In this document: positions 38,546-48,302 of the stretch, piece by piece | Layout: every line of letters starts with the position of its first letter | Numbering within the stretch: position 1 is the first letter of the stretch | NCBI GenBank assembly: GCA_964495685.1 | Contig: CAZBVQ010000001.1 | Coordinates: 297,521 to 361,520, forward strand | DNA length: 64,000 nt | Direction: 5' to 3' | Origin: an uncultured Candidatus Saccharibacteria bacterium | GTDB lineage: Bacteria; Patescibacteriota; Minisyncoccia; Phycocordibacterales; PALSA-1337 | Made by a program: the position numbers and the translations under genes | Notes under the pieces: model-generated | What the model was told of the DNA's origin: nothing | Database searches by the model: none | Seen by the model: the letters and a program-made list of their open reading frames with translations, nothing else

Positions 38546-38971
38546 ATGTTATTCCCGAAGAAAGTAAAACACCGCAAGCATTTCGTGAAGCGCAAGAATC
38601 GCGCCAAGGAAGCTGCCAAGACTGAGACTCGTGGCGTTACGGTCGCTTTTGGCTCATTTGGTCTCAAGGCCATGACCTACGGTCGTGTCACTTCCAATCA
38701 GATCGAAGCAGCCCGCAAAGTCATGGCTCGTTACGCGACCAAGTCAGGCAAGGTCTGGATCCGCATTTTCCCAGACATGCCGTTCACTCAGAAGCCTGCT
38801 GAAGTCAAAATGGGTAAGGGCAAGGGAGATCCAGTCGGTTTCGTGGCTGAGGTCCGTCCAGGTCGTGTCATGTTCGAGATCGACGGTGTCGAGAATGCCG
38901 TTGCAGCCGAAGCTTTGCGCAAGGCCGGTACCAAGCTTCCCGTCAAGACCAAGATCGTAGCTCGTATATAA
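38546..38971 (+). CDS. rplP: 50S ribosomal protein L16
   Basis: [19 protein letters not shown]. Confidence 0.97.
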   Translation: MLFPKKVKHRKHFVKRKNRAKEAAKTETRGVTVAFGSFGLKAMTYGRVTSNQIEAARKVMARYATKSGKVWIRIFPDMPFTQKPAEVKMGKGKGDPVGFVAEVRPGRVMFEIDGVENAVAAEALRKAGTKLPVKTKIVARI

Positions 38972-38976
38972 CCACC

Positions 38977-39168
38977 ATGGAAATCAAAGACATACAAACC
39001 AAGACACCGACCGATATTGCCAAGCTTGTTGCCGAAAAGCGTGAAGCACTTCGTGCATTTCGATTCGGTGGCGCTGGTGCCAAGACCAAGAACGTCAAGG
39101 AGGGCAGAGGTATCCGCAAGGATATCGCACGATTGCTTACGGTGCTCAATAAGCCCAACAAGGCATAA
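38977..39168 (+). CDS. rpmC: 50S ribosomal protein L29
   Basis: Position and [10 protein letters not shown]. Confidence 0.93.
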   Translation: MEIKDIQTKTPTDIAKLVAEKREALRAFRFGGAGAKTKNVKEGRGIRKDIARLLTVLNKPNKA

Positions 39169-39211
39169 GACCTAGACATACGACCCAATTTCAAGTAATA
39201 TCACCATTCAC

Positions 39212-39472
39212 ATGTCAGCATCTACCACACAAGCCAAGAAAGACATACAGCGCCAGAAGTTCACTGGTGTGGTAGTTTCCAACAAAATGAAGGACACGGT
39301 TACTGTCCTTATTGAGCGTTACGTCAAGCACGACAAGTACCACAAGTTCATGAATAAGCGTACTCGTCTCATGGCACATGATGCTGGCAACACCAAGCAG
39401 ATGGGCGACACAGTCACTATTGAGGCATGCCGACCGATTTCCAAGAATAAGGCATTCAAAGTGATCGCATAG
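39212..39472 (+). CDS. rpsQ: 30S ribosomal protein S17
   Basis: GVVVSNKM..T, AHD, RPISK. Confidence 0.96.
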   Translation: MSASTTQAKKDIQRQKFTGVVVSNKMKDTVTVLIERYVKHDKYHKFMNKRTRLMAHDAGNTKQMGDTVTIEACRPISKNKAFKVIA

Positions 39473-39488
39473 TTTTTATACCACTACC

Positions 39489-39860
39489 ATGATTCAACCT
39501 CGTTCAATCGTAAATATCGCTGACAACTCCGGTGCCAAGATCGGCCGTATCTTCAAGGTGCTTGGTGCTTCACACAAGCGTTATGCTGAGATTGGTGAAG
39601 TCGTGGTGCTCTCAGTCCAGAAGGCCGAGCCACGCAAGGCCATCAAGAAGAAAGACGTTCTCCATGCCGTCGTCGTCCGTCAGGTCAAGCCGACTCGTCG
39701 CAAAGATGGTTCATATGTCCGTTTCGATGAGAACGCAGTTGTCATTATCGAAAAGAACAAGAAAGAGCCGATTGCTGGACGTATCTTCGGTCCGATTCCT
39801 CGTGAGGTCGCCGAGGCAGGTTTCAAGACCATCGCTTCACGTGCCCCAGAGATCGTATAA
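39489..39860 (+). CDS. rplN: 50S ribosomal protein L14
   Basis: MIQ, ADNSGA, RFDENAVV, RIFGP. Confidence 0.97.
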   Translation: MIQPRSIVNIADNSGAKIGRIFKVLGASHKRYAEIGEVVVLSVQKAEPRKAIKKKDVLHAVVVRQVKPTRRKDGSYVRFDENAVVIIEKNKKEPIAGRIFGPIPREVAEAGFKTIASRAPEIV

Positions 39861-39871
39861 CTTCAACTACC

Positions 39872-40087
39872 ATGCATATCAAGAAAGGCGACACAGTGAC
39901 CATACTCTCAGGTGATGACAAGGGCAAGACCGGCAAGGTCGTTGTGGCATTTCCTGATCAGGGCAAAGTAGTCGTCGAAGGTATCAATACTGTCCGCAAG
40001 CACCAGCGTCCGACACGTCAGGGCCAGAAGGGTCAGGTCGTCGATGTTGCTATGCCTATCCACGCATCCAAGGTTGCCAAGAAATAA
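39872..40087 (+). CDS. rplX: 50S ribosomal protein L24 (short)
   Basis: IKKGD.V....G.DKGK.GKV KOW motif. Confidence 0.95.
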   Translation: MHIKKGDTVTILSGDDKGKTGKVVVAFPDQGKVVVEGINTVRKHQRPTRQGQKGQVVDVAMPIHASKVAKK

Positions 40088-40092
40088 TCACC

Positions 40093-40647
40093 ATGAAACA
40101 TACTACCGTTGCAGAACTCAATAAGGGATCATACAAAGCGCTCAAAGAGAAGCTTGGTTTGACCAATCCGATGCAGGCACCTCGTCTCCTCAAGGCAGTT
40201 ATTTCCAATAGTTTCGGTTCGATCAAGGACAAGCGCAAGATTGATCTTATTGCAGATCGTCTGGCCAAGATCACTGGCCAGAAGCCGGCCGTCCGTGTGA
40301 CCAAGAAAGCCATCGCCACATTCAAGACTCGTCAAGGTGATGCTATCGGATACCAGATCACTCTCCGTGGTGCACGCATGTTCGATTTCATGGAGCGCCT
40401 CATCCATATCGCCCTTCCTCGTACCAAGGATTTCCGCGGTCTCTCACGTACCTCAGTCGATGCTATGGGCAACTACACGTTCGGTATCAAGGAACACACT
40501 ATTTTCCCGGAGACTTCAGATGAAGATCTCAAGGACGTATTCGGTTTCGCTATCACATTGGTCACTACGTCACGCGATAAGCAGTCTACTCTCGCATTCC
40601 TCGAGCATCTCGGTATGCCGCTCAAGAGGGAGGAGGGGAAGAAATAG
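40093..40647 (+). CDS. rplE: 50S ribosomal protein L5
   Basis: ITGQKP, FKTRQG, LPR.KDFRG, GNYT.GIKE. Confidence 0.97.
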   Translation: MKHTTVAELNKGSYKALKEKLGLTNPMQAPRLLKAVISNSFGSIKDKRKIDLIADRLAKITGQKPAVRVTKKAIATFKTRQGDAIGYQITLRGARMFDFMERLIHIALPRTKDFRGLSRTSVDAMGNYTFGIKEHTIFPETSDEDLKDVFGFAITLVTTSRDKQSTLAFLEHLGMPLKREEGKK

Positions 40648-40723
40648 GCCAGTACACAGATTCAATAAATTAGAAGCGCCGACCTCACGAAGAGGGCGGC
40701 GCTTGGTTTCTGGTGCTGTAAGG

Positions 40724-41830
40724 TTACGATTGTTTGATTCGCCACTGCAACATCTCACCGGCCATGAACGGTGTCACTGTGCCAGCACCACTGTCATATC
40801 GTCTAGGCACAGTCCAAGGTTCTTTGACCAGAGCAAGGGCACTTCCATTAGCTGCCTCGGACAGTCCGTATGCAGACAGTCCATTGTACGAGGTGAATGT
40901 CTCCAACATATCCAACTCACCCCGTTCCTCAAATAATTGCGCTAGCCAGGGAATGGCGATTTCCGCTGGATTGAAGACGCCAGCGCAAGCGCAGTCCATG
41001 TTAACCTGATCGTACAGGTGCTTGAGATGATACTTGTGTGGGGCGCTGTCGGTGATTGAGATGAATCCCGGATCTCCCGAAATTGCCGCCCCAATGAGTA
41101 CGGATTGATCATGAGGATACTTGGCACAAGGCCAGCAGTGATGATCCACATTTCCGAGGACATTGTCGAGAGTGAGCCTCAGGTGATGTCCTGTAATAGT
41201 GCCATACACCTTGTTTCTAGTTTGCCGCAAGTCATGTATCAATTGTACGGTCCGGTGGTCAGTCATGTGCTCGACGAAGATGCGAAGTGCTGGGAATCGC
41301 CTACCATATTCCACAATCACTTCGTGAAACTGGCGCTCGCGTGTCAGACAAAACGAATGTGGAAGTTCTGGGTGTATTTGGAATACGAGATTGAGCTCTT
41401 CCATACGTTCGAGACAACGGTGGATTTGCCGCGAAGCGAAGTTTGAGACTCCGCCATGCTGGGCACCGGTGGTTACCCCATCAGGATAGAGTTTGAGGCC
41501 GATACATCCAGCACGAGCGGCGTCGCTGATCATTGTCGGGGTTGTTTGCGGTGTGAGCTTGAGTAAGAACAGTGGCCTGCAGCAGCTTCCTTCGGGTAGA
41601 GCACCGAGGACCAACTGCTGGTATGCCAGCATGTCGTGAACATTCTCGATGTGATGGCTTCTGTTTGCTGGATCCAAGAACGTATTTGGCTCGACGACTA
41701 CATAGCGATAGTGTGCACAGTTGGCTCTGACTAACATGCGGAAACATCGATTACCAACTTGCGCAGGACTGCGCAAATGTGTATGGAAGTCACTCGGTCG
41801 ACGGATGCGGATTTCTTTCAGTCGTTTCAT
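40724..41830 (-). CDS. pyrC: Dihydroorotase, homodimeric (E. coli-type)
   Basis: DFHTHLR, KLYP.G.TT, EH.T, TDSAPH, CAG.F. Confidence 0.85.
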   Translation of the reverse strand: MKRLKEIRIRRPSDFHTHLRSPAQVGNRCFRMLVRANCAHYRYVVVEPNTFLDPANRSHHIENVHDMLAYQQLVLGALPEGSCCRPLFLLKLTPQTTPTMISDAARAGCIGLKLYPDGVTTGAQHGGVSNFASRQIHRCLERMEELNLVFQIHPELPHSFCLTRERQFHEVIVEYGRRFPALRIFVEHMTDHRTVQLIHDLRQTRNKVYGTITGHHLRLTLDNVLGNVDHHCWPCAKYPHDQSVLIGAAISGDPGFISITDSAPHKYHLKHLYDQVNMDCACAGVFNPAEIAIPWLAQLFEERGELDMLETFTSYNGLSAYGLSEAANGSALALVKEPWTVPRRYDSGAGTVTPFMAGEMLQWRIKQS

Positions 41831-41974
41831 AGGTTTTCAATGGTGTTCAGGGTTTCGGTTGGGTCTGTCGGCATGCTACATTGCTTATACTCTATTTGCA
41901 AGAAGATAGTGGCGGATTCTTTGTGTGTAAAAAGGCCGCCCAGTTGTCTGGGCGGCCGTGTTGTCTGAGTGCTT

Positions 41975-42952
41975 TCAGTCGTATTTGTGGCCCCACTCAC
42001 ACCCTCGAGTTATGATTGACCGTAGTCGCCAAGGGCGTAGCGGTGCGGCCGTGCCGATGAAGATTGACTGAGCGCATTTCCATTCTGCGAGTTGATCAGC
42101 ATCGTGTATAGACATGATACCACCGCCGACATTTAGAGGAACTCTTCCGTCAAGCTCGGAATACCTAGCTACCCAATCCCGGACGATCCCAGTGATCGGA
42201 GATCCCGACAAGCCACCATTACCGAATCCATATTTTGCCAGTGGTGAAGTCGTCGACTCGAAAAGTCCTTTCCAATCAATCCGGTCGGATAACTCTCCCC
42301 AAGGGACAGTGTTGGAGACGCATATCGCATCACACAGATGACTCTCGGAGAATTCCACTGCAAGTTCCGGTGGGATCAAGGCATTGAATTTCGGAATAGT
42401 CGGGATATCGAGGGTTGAAGCAATTTCTAGTCCCTCGAGTACTTCAGCCAACAATTCACGAAGGTCATGTTTGACGTTCGGGCATGACCAGTTGATCTGC
42501 AAGGCTATCGATGCCTTGAAATTAGGCAGATACGTTTTCAACAAACTGATGAAGTTACGTAGCTCATACATACGTTCTTGTCGTGTCTTGCCTATGGCCA
42601 TGAATGAGAGTACGAATGGTTTCGTCCGTGCTTGCCAACGGCCATCATCCAGGTAGAAGCGGGCACCCAGATTGGATAGTCCGACTGCGTTCAACATAGC
42701 GCCCGCCCGGAAGTTGGCGACGATGCACCTAGGCCTGAATTCACGTGGAGTTGTGCCGTCGGGGTAGAGTGGCATGTTTCCAGGATTTGGATTCAACGTG
42801 ATTGTTTTGGCCACGAAGGTGACGTTCTTGAACGTGAACAGGCCAGGAAACATAATACGATAGTAGCGATGGAATGGATATCCTTCACCCCAGAATCCTT
42901 GAACCCCCGATGCTCCCCAGACAGGGCCGAAGTCGATGCCGTGTAATTTCAT
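41975..42952 (-). CDS. pyrD: Dihydroorotate dehydrogenase-like flavoprotein
   Basis: KTIT..P..GN, NAVGL.N.G, NWSCPNV, SNT, GGLSG, GGGI. Confidence 0.75.
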   Translation of the reverse strand: MKLHGIDFGPVWGASGVQGFWGEGYPFHRYYRIMFPGLFTFKNVTFVAKTITLNPNPGNMPLYPDGTTPREFRPRCIVANFRAGAMLNAVGLSNLGARFYLDDGRWQARTKPFVLSFMAIGKTRQERMYELRNFISLLKTYLPNFKASIALQINWSCPNVKHDLRELLAEVLEGLEIASTLDIPTIPKFNALIPPELAVEFSESHLCDAICVSNTVPWGELSDRIDWKGLFESTTSPLAKYGFGNGGLSGSPITGIVRDWVARYSELDGRVPLNVGGGIMSIHDADQLAEWKCAQSIFIGTAAPLRPWRLRSIITRGCEWGHKYD

Positions 42953-43048
42953 AGATTTTGCTTTCTTTGTCCTGTTTTTTCTGATCTGCAATCAGACTAA
43001 TCTATAGCATGGTAATACGCAAGTTATAAGATGATCATTGCCACACAT

Positions 43049-43077
43049 TTGACCTCTCTCCATGAGTTTGCTATAGT
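43049..43077 (+). promoter_or_regulatory. Promoter for the rpsN-secY segment
   Basis: TTGACC-17-TATAGT with extended TG. Confidence 0.65.
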
Positions 43078-43189
43078 ACCCACACCTTACTTTATAAAGG
43101 TTTTCATACCTAAACATCGATTGGAAGCACATTTCCGCCCAGGGCGGAAAATAGCTAACCAATCCTCGTTTTATTGAAACGAAACATTC

Positions 43190-43375
43190 ATGGCAAAGAC
43201 ATCAGTCATCGTACGATCCCAGAGAAAGCCGAAATTCAAGTCGCGCGTTGTTCGCCGTTGTTTCCGTTGCGGTCGCAAGCACGGATATATGAGAGATTTC
43301 GATCTCTGCCGTATTTGTTTCCGTGAGTTCGCCAACGAAGGCGTTATTCCAGGTATCAAGAAATCTTCGTGGTAA
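43190..43375 (+). CDS. rpsN: 30S ribosomal protein S14 (Zn-binding short type)
   Basis: RCFRCGR...[15 protein letters not shown]. Confidence 0.96.
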   Translation: MAKTSVIVRSQRKPKFKSRVVRRCFRCGRKHGYMRDFDLCRICFREFANEGVIPGIKKSSW

Positions 43376-43391
43376 TTCCTTTTTTACTCTC

Positions 43392-43778
43392 ATGATTACC
43401 GATTCTATCGCCAACCTCATTACTCGCATCAAGAACGCCAGCGACGCCCGCAAAGTCTCTGTTGTGGTACCTCATTCCAAATTGGTAGAGAACATTGCTC
43501 ATGCTCTCAAAAAGTCAGGATATCTTTCGAGTGTTCAGGCAAACAAGGCAGCTCATGAGCTCGAGCTCGGTATCGTCTACCTCGACAGTGCTCCACGTGT
43601 CACTGGCGTCGAACGTGTATCCAAGACCTCTCGTCGTATGTATCAGAAGTCTGGTGACATCCGCGTGTTCCGTAGTGGTTTCGGTAATACATTCTTGTCT
43701 ACTCCCAAGGGTATCTTGGTTGACATGGATGCCAAGAAGCTCAAGGTCGGCGGGGAAGTCCTCTTCAGAATTTGGTAA
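43392..43778 (+). CDS. rpsH: 30S ribosomal protein S8
   Basis: D.IA.L.TRIKNA, STPKG, GGEV. Confidence 0.96.
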   Translation: MITDSIANLITRIKNASDARKVSVVVPHSKLVENIAHALKKSGYLSSVQANKAAHELELGIVYLDSAPRVTGVERVSKTSRRMYQKSGDIRVFRSGFGNTFLSTPKGILVDMDAKKLKVGGEVLFRIW

Positions 43779-43792
43779 TTTTCATCACTATC

Positions 43793-44326
43793 ATGTCACG
43801 CATCGCAAAAAAACCTATCACCATTCCTGCCAAGACTGAGGCCAGCTTCTCAGGTGGCGTTATGACCATCAAGGGTCCTCTCGGTACACTCACCAAGACA
43901 TTTCGCCCGTATATTGGCGTCGTTGTCGAGAATGGTGCCATCACCCTTACGCTCAATAGTAATACTCTTCAGGCCCGTGCATTGTGGGGTACGTATGCTT
44001 CGCACATCAAGAACATGCTTGCTGGAGTCAACAAGCCCTACGAGAAGAAGCTCGTAGTCGAAGGTATCGGTTTCAAGGCAGACGTCAAAGGTGCCAATCT
44101 TGTTATGTCTGTCGGTTTTTCTCATCCTGTCACTCTAGCCATTCCTTCAGATCTCAAAGTTACTAGCGAGAAGAACATTGTGACGGTTTCAGGTATTGAC
44201 TGTGAGAAGGTCGGTCAGTTCGCTGCCGTTGTACGTGCTACCAAGAAGCCGGAGCCGTATCTCGGTAAGGGTATCCGCTATATCGATGAGGTCATTCGTC
44301 GCAAGCAGGGTAAGAAGGCTGCATAA
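43793..44326 (+). CDS. rplF: 50S ribosomal protein L6
   Basis: MSRIAKKPI, KGPLG, PEPY.GKGIRY. Confidence 0.97.
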   Translation: MSRIAKKPITIPAKTEASFSGGVMTIKGPLGTLTKTFRPYIGVVVENGAITLTLNSNTLQARALWGTYASHIKNMLAGVNKPYEKKLVVEGIGFKADVKGANLVMSVGFSHPVTLAIPSDLKVTSEKNIVTVSGIDCEKVGQFAAVVRATKKPEPYLGKGIRYIDEVIRRKQGKKAA

Positions 44327-44337
44327 TCATCACTATC

Positions 44338-44688
44338 ATGAAGACTATCCAGAAGAAACAACTCGTATTCGCCCGAAGGAAAGCACGCATTCGTGCCAAG
44401 ATTTCTGGTACAGCAGAACGTCCGCGACTCGCTATCTTCAAGTCACATCGTTATATCTATGCCCAGCTTATAGATGATACCAAGGGCCACACTATCGCCG
44501 CATTTGACTCTGGCCGATCAAAAGCCAAGACCCCGACTGACCGTGCCAAGGATGTTGGTGTCGAAATTGCCAAGAGAGCAAAGGATGCCAAAGTATCCAA
44601 AGTCGTCTTCGATCGCGGTGGATATTTGTATACCGGTAAGATCAAGATGGTCGCCGATGCTGCACGTGAAGCAGGACTCCAATTTTAA
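44338..44688 (+). CDS. rplR: 50S ribosomal protein L18
   Basis: RPRL..FKS...YAQLIDD, VFDRGGY.Y.G. Confidence 0.97.
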   Translation: MKTIQKKQLVFARRKARIRAKISGTAERPRLAIFKSHRYIYAQLIDDTKGHTIAAFDSGRSKAKTPTDRAKDVGVEIAKRAKDAKVSKVVFDRGGYLYTGKIKMVADAAREAGLQF

Positions 44689-44703
44689 TTATTCATTACT
44701 CAT

Positions 44704-45381
44704 ATGACCGCACAAGATATCAAGACCAATAACGAATCAGCTCCGGTGAAGGTACCGTCGACAGGTGTTGATGCTGCATCTGTGGCTCCAGAAGTTGCTG
44801 CCAGTGCAAACAAAATCACTCCAGGACGCAAGATGCGAGGAGATTCAGCACGTCGTGGCGGTTCGAGTGGACCTCGCGCTCCTCGTGGTGGTGCTCGTGG
44901 CGAACCTCGTGAGCGTGTCAAACCCGAGTTTGATTCCAAGATCATCGATATTCGTCGTGTGACCCGTGTGACTTCAGGTGGTCGCCGTATGAATTTCAGT
45001 GTTGCTGTCGTTGCTGGTGATCGCAAGGGTCGTGTCGGCGTCGGTCTCGGCAAGAGTATCGATACTGCCTCAGCTGTCGAGAAGGCTACTCGTGATGCCA
45101 AGAAAAATCTCATCAAGGTTCCTTTGTCTGCACAGATGACTATTCCTCATGCGGTAGAAGCCAAGTATGCTAGTGCTCGCGTCATGATTTTCCCAGCTCG
45201 TGGACGTGGAGTGGTCGCTGGTAGCTCAGCTCGTGCTGTCATCGAAATGGCCGGCATCAAGGATGTGTGTGCCAAATACATCTCAGGTAGCAAGAATCGT
45301 CTCAACAACGCCAAGGTAGCTATCGAGGCATTGCGTAGACTTACCAAAGTATCGCGCGCGGTTCTCAATCCGAACAAATAG
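44704..45381 (+). CDS. rpsE: 30S ribosomal protein S5 with N-terminal extension
   Basis: RRVTRVTSGGRR, GRVGVGLGK, G.GVVAG. Confidence 0.96.
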   Translation: MTAQDIKTNNESAPVKVPSTGVDAASVAPEVAASANKITPGRKMRGDSARRGGSSGPRAPRGGARGEPRERVKPEFDSKIIDIRRVTRVTSGGRRMNFSVAVVAGDRKGRVGVGLGKSIDTASAVEKATRDAKKNLIKVPLSAQMTIPHAVEAKYASARVMIFPARGRGVVAGSSARAVIEMAGIKDVCAKYISGSKNRLNNAKVAIEALRRLTKVSRAVLNPNK

Positions 45382-45411
45382 TTTTCCATTTTAATTTTCC
45401 CATCTACTACC

Positions 45412-46020
45412 ATGCAATTCCATAATCTACAACGCAAGACTCCCAACATGAAGCGCATGATTGTTGCTCGTGGTGGCAAGCGTGGCAAGACTTCAGGCCG
45501 TGGTGGCAAGGGTCAATCAGCTCGTGCTGGTAACAAACGCCGTCCAGAATGGCGTGACATCATCAAGAAGCTCCCGAAGTTGCGTGGTCGTGGTGTCAAC
45601 CAAAACAAGCCAGTATCTCTGAAGCCGATTGTCATTAATGTGTCTATCATCGAAGGTGCATTCGCTGCAAACGAAGCTATTACCCCGACTGTTCTTGTCG
45701 AGAAGGGTATTGTTGCTACTATGTCTGGCGTCATCCCGATGATCAAGATTCTCGGTGACGGTGAAATCACCAAGGCGCTCAAGTTCTCTGGTTGTTACGT
45801 TTCAGAGAGTGCCAAGGCCAAGATCGAAAAAGCTGGTGGTTCTGTCACGCTTCCTGCGTCACGCGTTATTCCCAAACAGAAGGGTCCGACTCATGAGAGC
45901 GATAGGGCTGTAGTTGTCGAGAAGAAGGTTGCTCCTGCCAAGGAGACCAAAAAAGCAGGGAAGGGAGCCAAGTCGAACAAGAAAGCCGCTGACAAAAAGT
46001 CAGAAGAGAAGAGCGCCTAA
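45412..46020 (+). CDS. rplO: 50S ribosomal protein L15 with Lys-rich C-terminal extension
   Basis: GKTSGRGGKGQSARAG, KILGDG, IEKAGG. Confidence 0.96.
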   Translation: MQFHNLQRKTPNMKRMIVARGGKRGKTSGRGGKGQSARAGNKRRPEWRDIIKKLPKLRGRGVNQNKPVSLKPIVINVSIIEGAFAANEAITPTVLVEKGIVATMSGVIPMIKILGDGEITKALKFSGCYVSESAKAKIEKAGGSVTLPASRVIPKQKGPTHESDRAVVVEKKVAPAKETKKAGKGAKSNKKAADKKSEEKSA

Positions 46021-46026
46021 TATCAT

Positions 46027-47298
46027 ATGAATAATTTCGCCCAGAAAATAACCGCAGCACTCAAGGATCCGATTCTCCGCAAGAGAGTCGGGTTCACCAT
46101 TCTTGCCTTGGTGCTCTTCCGTCTCTTGGCGACTATTCCAATTCCAGGTGTCAATGCTGCCAATCTTTCGACATTGCTCAATTCGAGCCAGTTCTTCGGT
46201 TTCCTCAATATTTTTTCAGGAGGAGGTCTTTCCAATCTATCGATTGTGATGTTGGGTGTCGGACCGTTCATTACCGCATCTATCGTTATTCAGCTCCTCA
46301 CTATGATGTTCCCCAAGTGGAAGGCTCTTATGCATGAAGAAGGGGAAGCTGGCCGTCTCAAGTTGTCACATTACTCACGTCTTTTGTCAGTTCCGTTGGC
46401 GATCGTCTCGGCTATCGGATTCATGGTCTTGCTCCAGTCCCAGAATGTCCTGCCACATCTCGATACGATGGCATACATCATCAACATCATCGTTATCACT
46501 GCTGGCTCAATGTTGCTTATGTGGATCGGTGAACTCATCTCAGAATTTGGTATTGGCAACGGTGTTTCACTCATCATCTTCGCCGGTATCGTCTCAGTGT
46601 TGCCGACCCGTTTGACACAGTTCGTGGCTGATTATAACGTCGGCAATCTTCCTGTGTACATTGCAGGACTCGTCATCGGACTTGTCGTCGTCGCGGGCGT
46701 TGTCTATGTGACTGAGGCTGAGCGCTCAGTGCCTGTAACGTATGCCAAGCAGGTAAGGGGCAACAAAGTCTACGGTGGCGCATCGACCTATCTCCCGCTC
46801 CGCCTCAATCAGGCAGGTGTTATCCCTATCATCTTCGCACTCTCGATTTTGCTCTTCCCGCAAATCATTTCCAATTTCTTGTCACATGTTTCCAATGCTA
46901 CGATTGCCGGATACGCATCGGCCTTCACTGCATTCTTCAATAACCAGTGGGTGTATGGCATTCTCTACTTCGTTCTCGTCGTAGCCTTCACGTACTTCTA
47001 CACCGCAGTGACATTCGATCCCAAGCAGATTTCAGAGAACCTCCAGCGTTCAGGTGCTTTCATTCCTGGCGTTCGTCCAGGCGAGCATACTCGTGACCAT
47101 CTCGCATCTATTGTTACCCGCATCACTCTCGTTGGTTCGATTTTCTTGGGCGCCGTCGCCATCTTGCCACTTATTATGCAAGGATTCACTGGCAACAAGA
47201 CATTGGCCATCGGCGGTACCGCGCTTCTCATCGTCGTGTCGGTAGTTCTCGATCTTCTCAAGAAGATTGACGCTCAAGTGTCGATGCGTGAATATTAA
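46027..47298 (+). CDS. secY: Protein translocase subunit SecY
   Basis: LGVGPFITASI, GIGNGVSL, AGVIPIIFA, IPGVRPG. Confidence 0.98.
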   Translation: MNNFAQKITAALKDPILRKRVGFTILALVLFRLLATIPIPGVNAANLSTLLNSSQFFGFLNIFSGGGLSNLSIVMLGVGPFITASIVIQLLTMMFPKWKALMHEEGEAGRLKLSHYSRLLSVPLAIVSAIGFMVLLQSQNVLPHLDTMAYIINIIVITAGSMLLMWIGELISEFGIGNGVSLIIFAGIVSVLPTRLTQFVADYNVGNLPVYIAGLVIGLVVVAGVVYVTEAERSVPVTYAKQVRGNKVYGGASTYLPLRLNQAGVIPIIFALSILLFPQIISNFLSHVSNATIAGYASAFTAFFNNQWVYGILYFVLVVAFTYFYTAVTFDPKQISENLQRSGAFIPGVRPGEHTRDHLASIVTRITLVGSIFLGAVAILPLIMQGFTGNKTLAIGGTALLIVVSVVLDLLKKIDAQVSMREY

Positions 47299-47343
47299 TT
47301 AATCAAATTGACCACCAAATAGAATTCTGGTAGATTCAAACGT

Positions 47344-48039
47344 ATGGATATCAAGACCAACAAAAAGGGAATCGAGAATATGTTCGCCGCAGGCGCTCAC
47401 TTCGGCTTGGGACGTTCACGTCGCCACCCTTCAGTGACCCCTTTCATTTTCGGTACCAAAAACTCAACTGACATCTTCGATCTCGAAAAGACCGCGGGAT
47501 CATTCGATAAGGCCGCTACCGTCATCGCCGCTCTCGGCAAAGAAGGCAAGACTGTTCTCTTCGTTGGTGGCAAGAAAGAGGCCTCTGTCGCTGTCAAAAA
47601 TGCCGCACTGGCACTCAATATGCCCTACGTCGATGGTCGCTGGATCGGTGGGACGTTGAGTAACTTCGGTCAGATCAGGAAGCGCATTGACCGCTATGAG
47701 AAACTCATTTCTGACCGTGAGAAGGGTGAGCTTGCCAAATATACCAAGCGCGAGCGTATGCTCATCGACAAGGAGATCGCTTCACTTGAGAAGATGTTCT
47801 ACGGTATCGTATCTCTCAAGAAGATGCCGGATGCACTTTTCGTCATCGACCCTCGTCGCGAGAAGATCGCTGTCACCGAGGCTATGACCATGAACATTCC
47901 CGTTATTGCACTTGCTGGATCAGATTGCGACATTCGTGAGGTCACGCACGCTATCATCGGCAACGACACATCCAAGTCAAGCATCAGCTTCTTCCTCGAT
48001 GAGGTCGCCAAGGTGTACCAGGCCGCAAAAAAGATATAA
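47344..48039 (+). CDS. rpsB: 30S ribosomal protein S2
   Basis: AGAHFG, RWIGGTLSNF; own promoter TTGACC-17-TAGATT ending 7 nt before ATG. Confidence 0.96.
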   Translation: MDIKTNKKGIENMFAAGAHFGLGRSRRHPSVTPFIFGTKNSTDIFDLEKTAGSFDKAATVIAALGKEGKTVLFVGGKKEASVAVKNAALALNMPYVDGRWIGGTLSNFGQIRKRIDRYEKLISDREKGELAKYTKRERMLIDKEIASLEKMFYGIVSLKKMPDALFVIDPRREKIAVTEAMTMNIPVIALAGSDCDIREVTHAIIGNDTSKSSISFFLDEVAKVYQAAKKI

Positions 48040-48105
48040 GATTCAAGGTTCATGATTCAAGAATAGTTGCAGCCGCACTTATCCTTGAATCTTGAATCCT
48101 GAATC
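48040..48105. repeat. Inverted heptamer repeat array (ATTCAAG / CTTGAAT)
   Basis: Three plus three 7-mers; related ATTCACG/ATTCATG array at 48897-48927. Confidence 0.65.
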
Positions 48106-48302
48106 AGGGTTCAACTTCTACTATGCTCAGCCCATTTCTGTTATGGAAATCGAATAAAGATTCTGCCAAGAAGAAACCACCGTATTCCGCTGTTTCTTCG
48201 CTGAAAGAAAAACAGGCGAAATTATCGGAGAAACTTTCGGTCGCAGATACGCAGAGGAACATTCCATCAACTAACACATCGACACCTAATAACTCAACTA
48301 CT

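Noticed and set aside
48123-48302. N-terminal extension of EF-Ts in the ORF track
   Set aside because: Homology begins at MSTISTEQVK (48303), which has the typical ACTACT-ATG context
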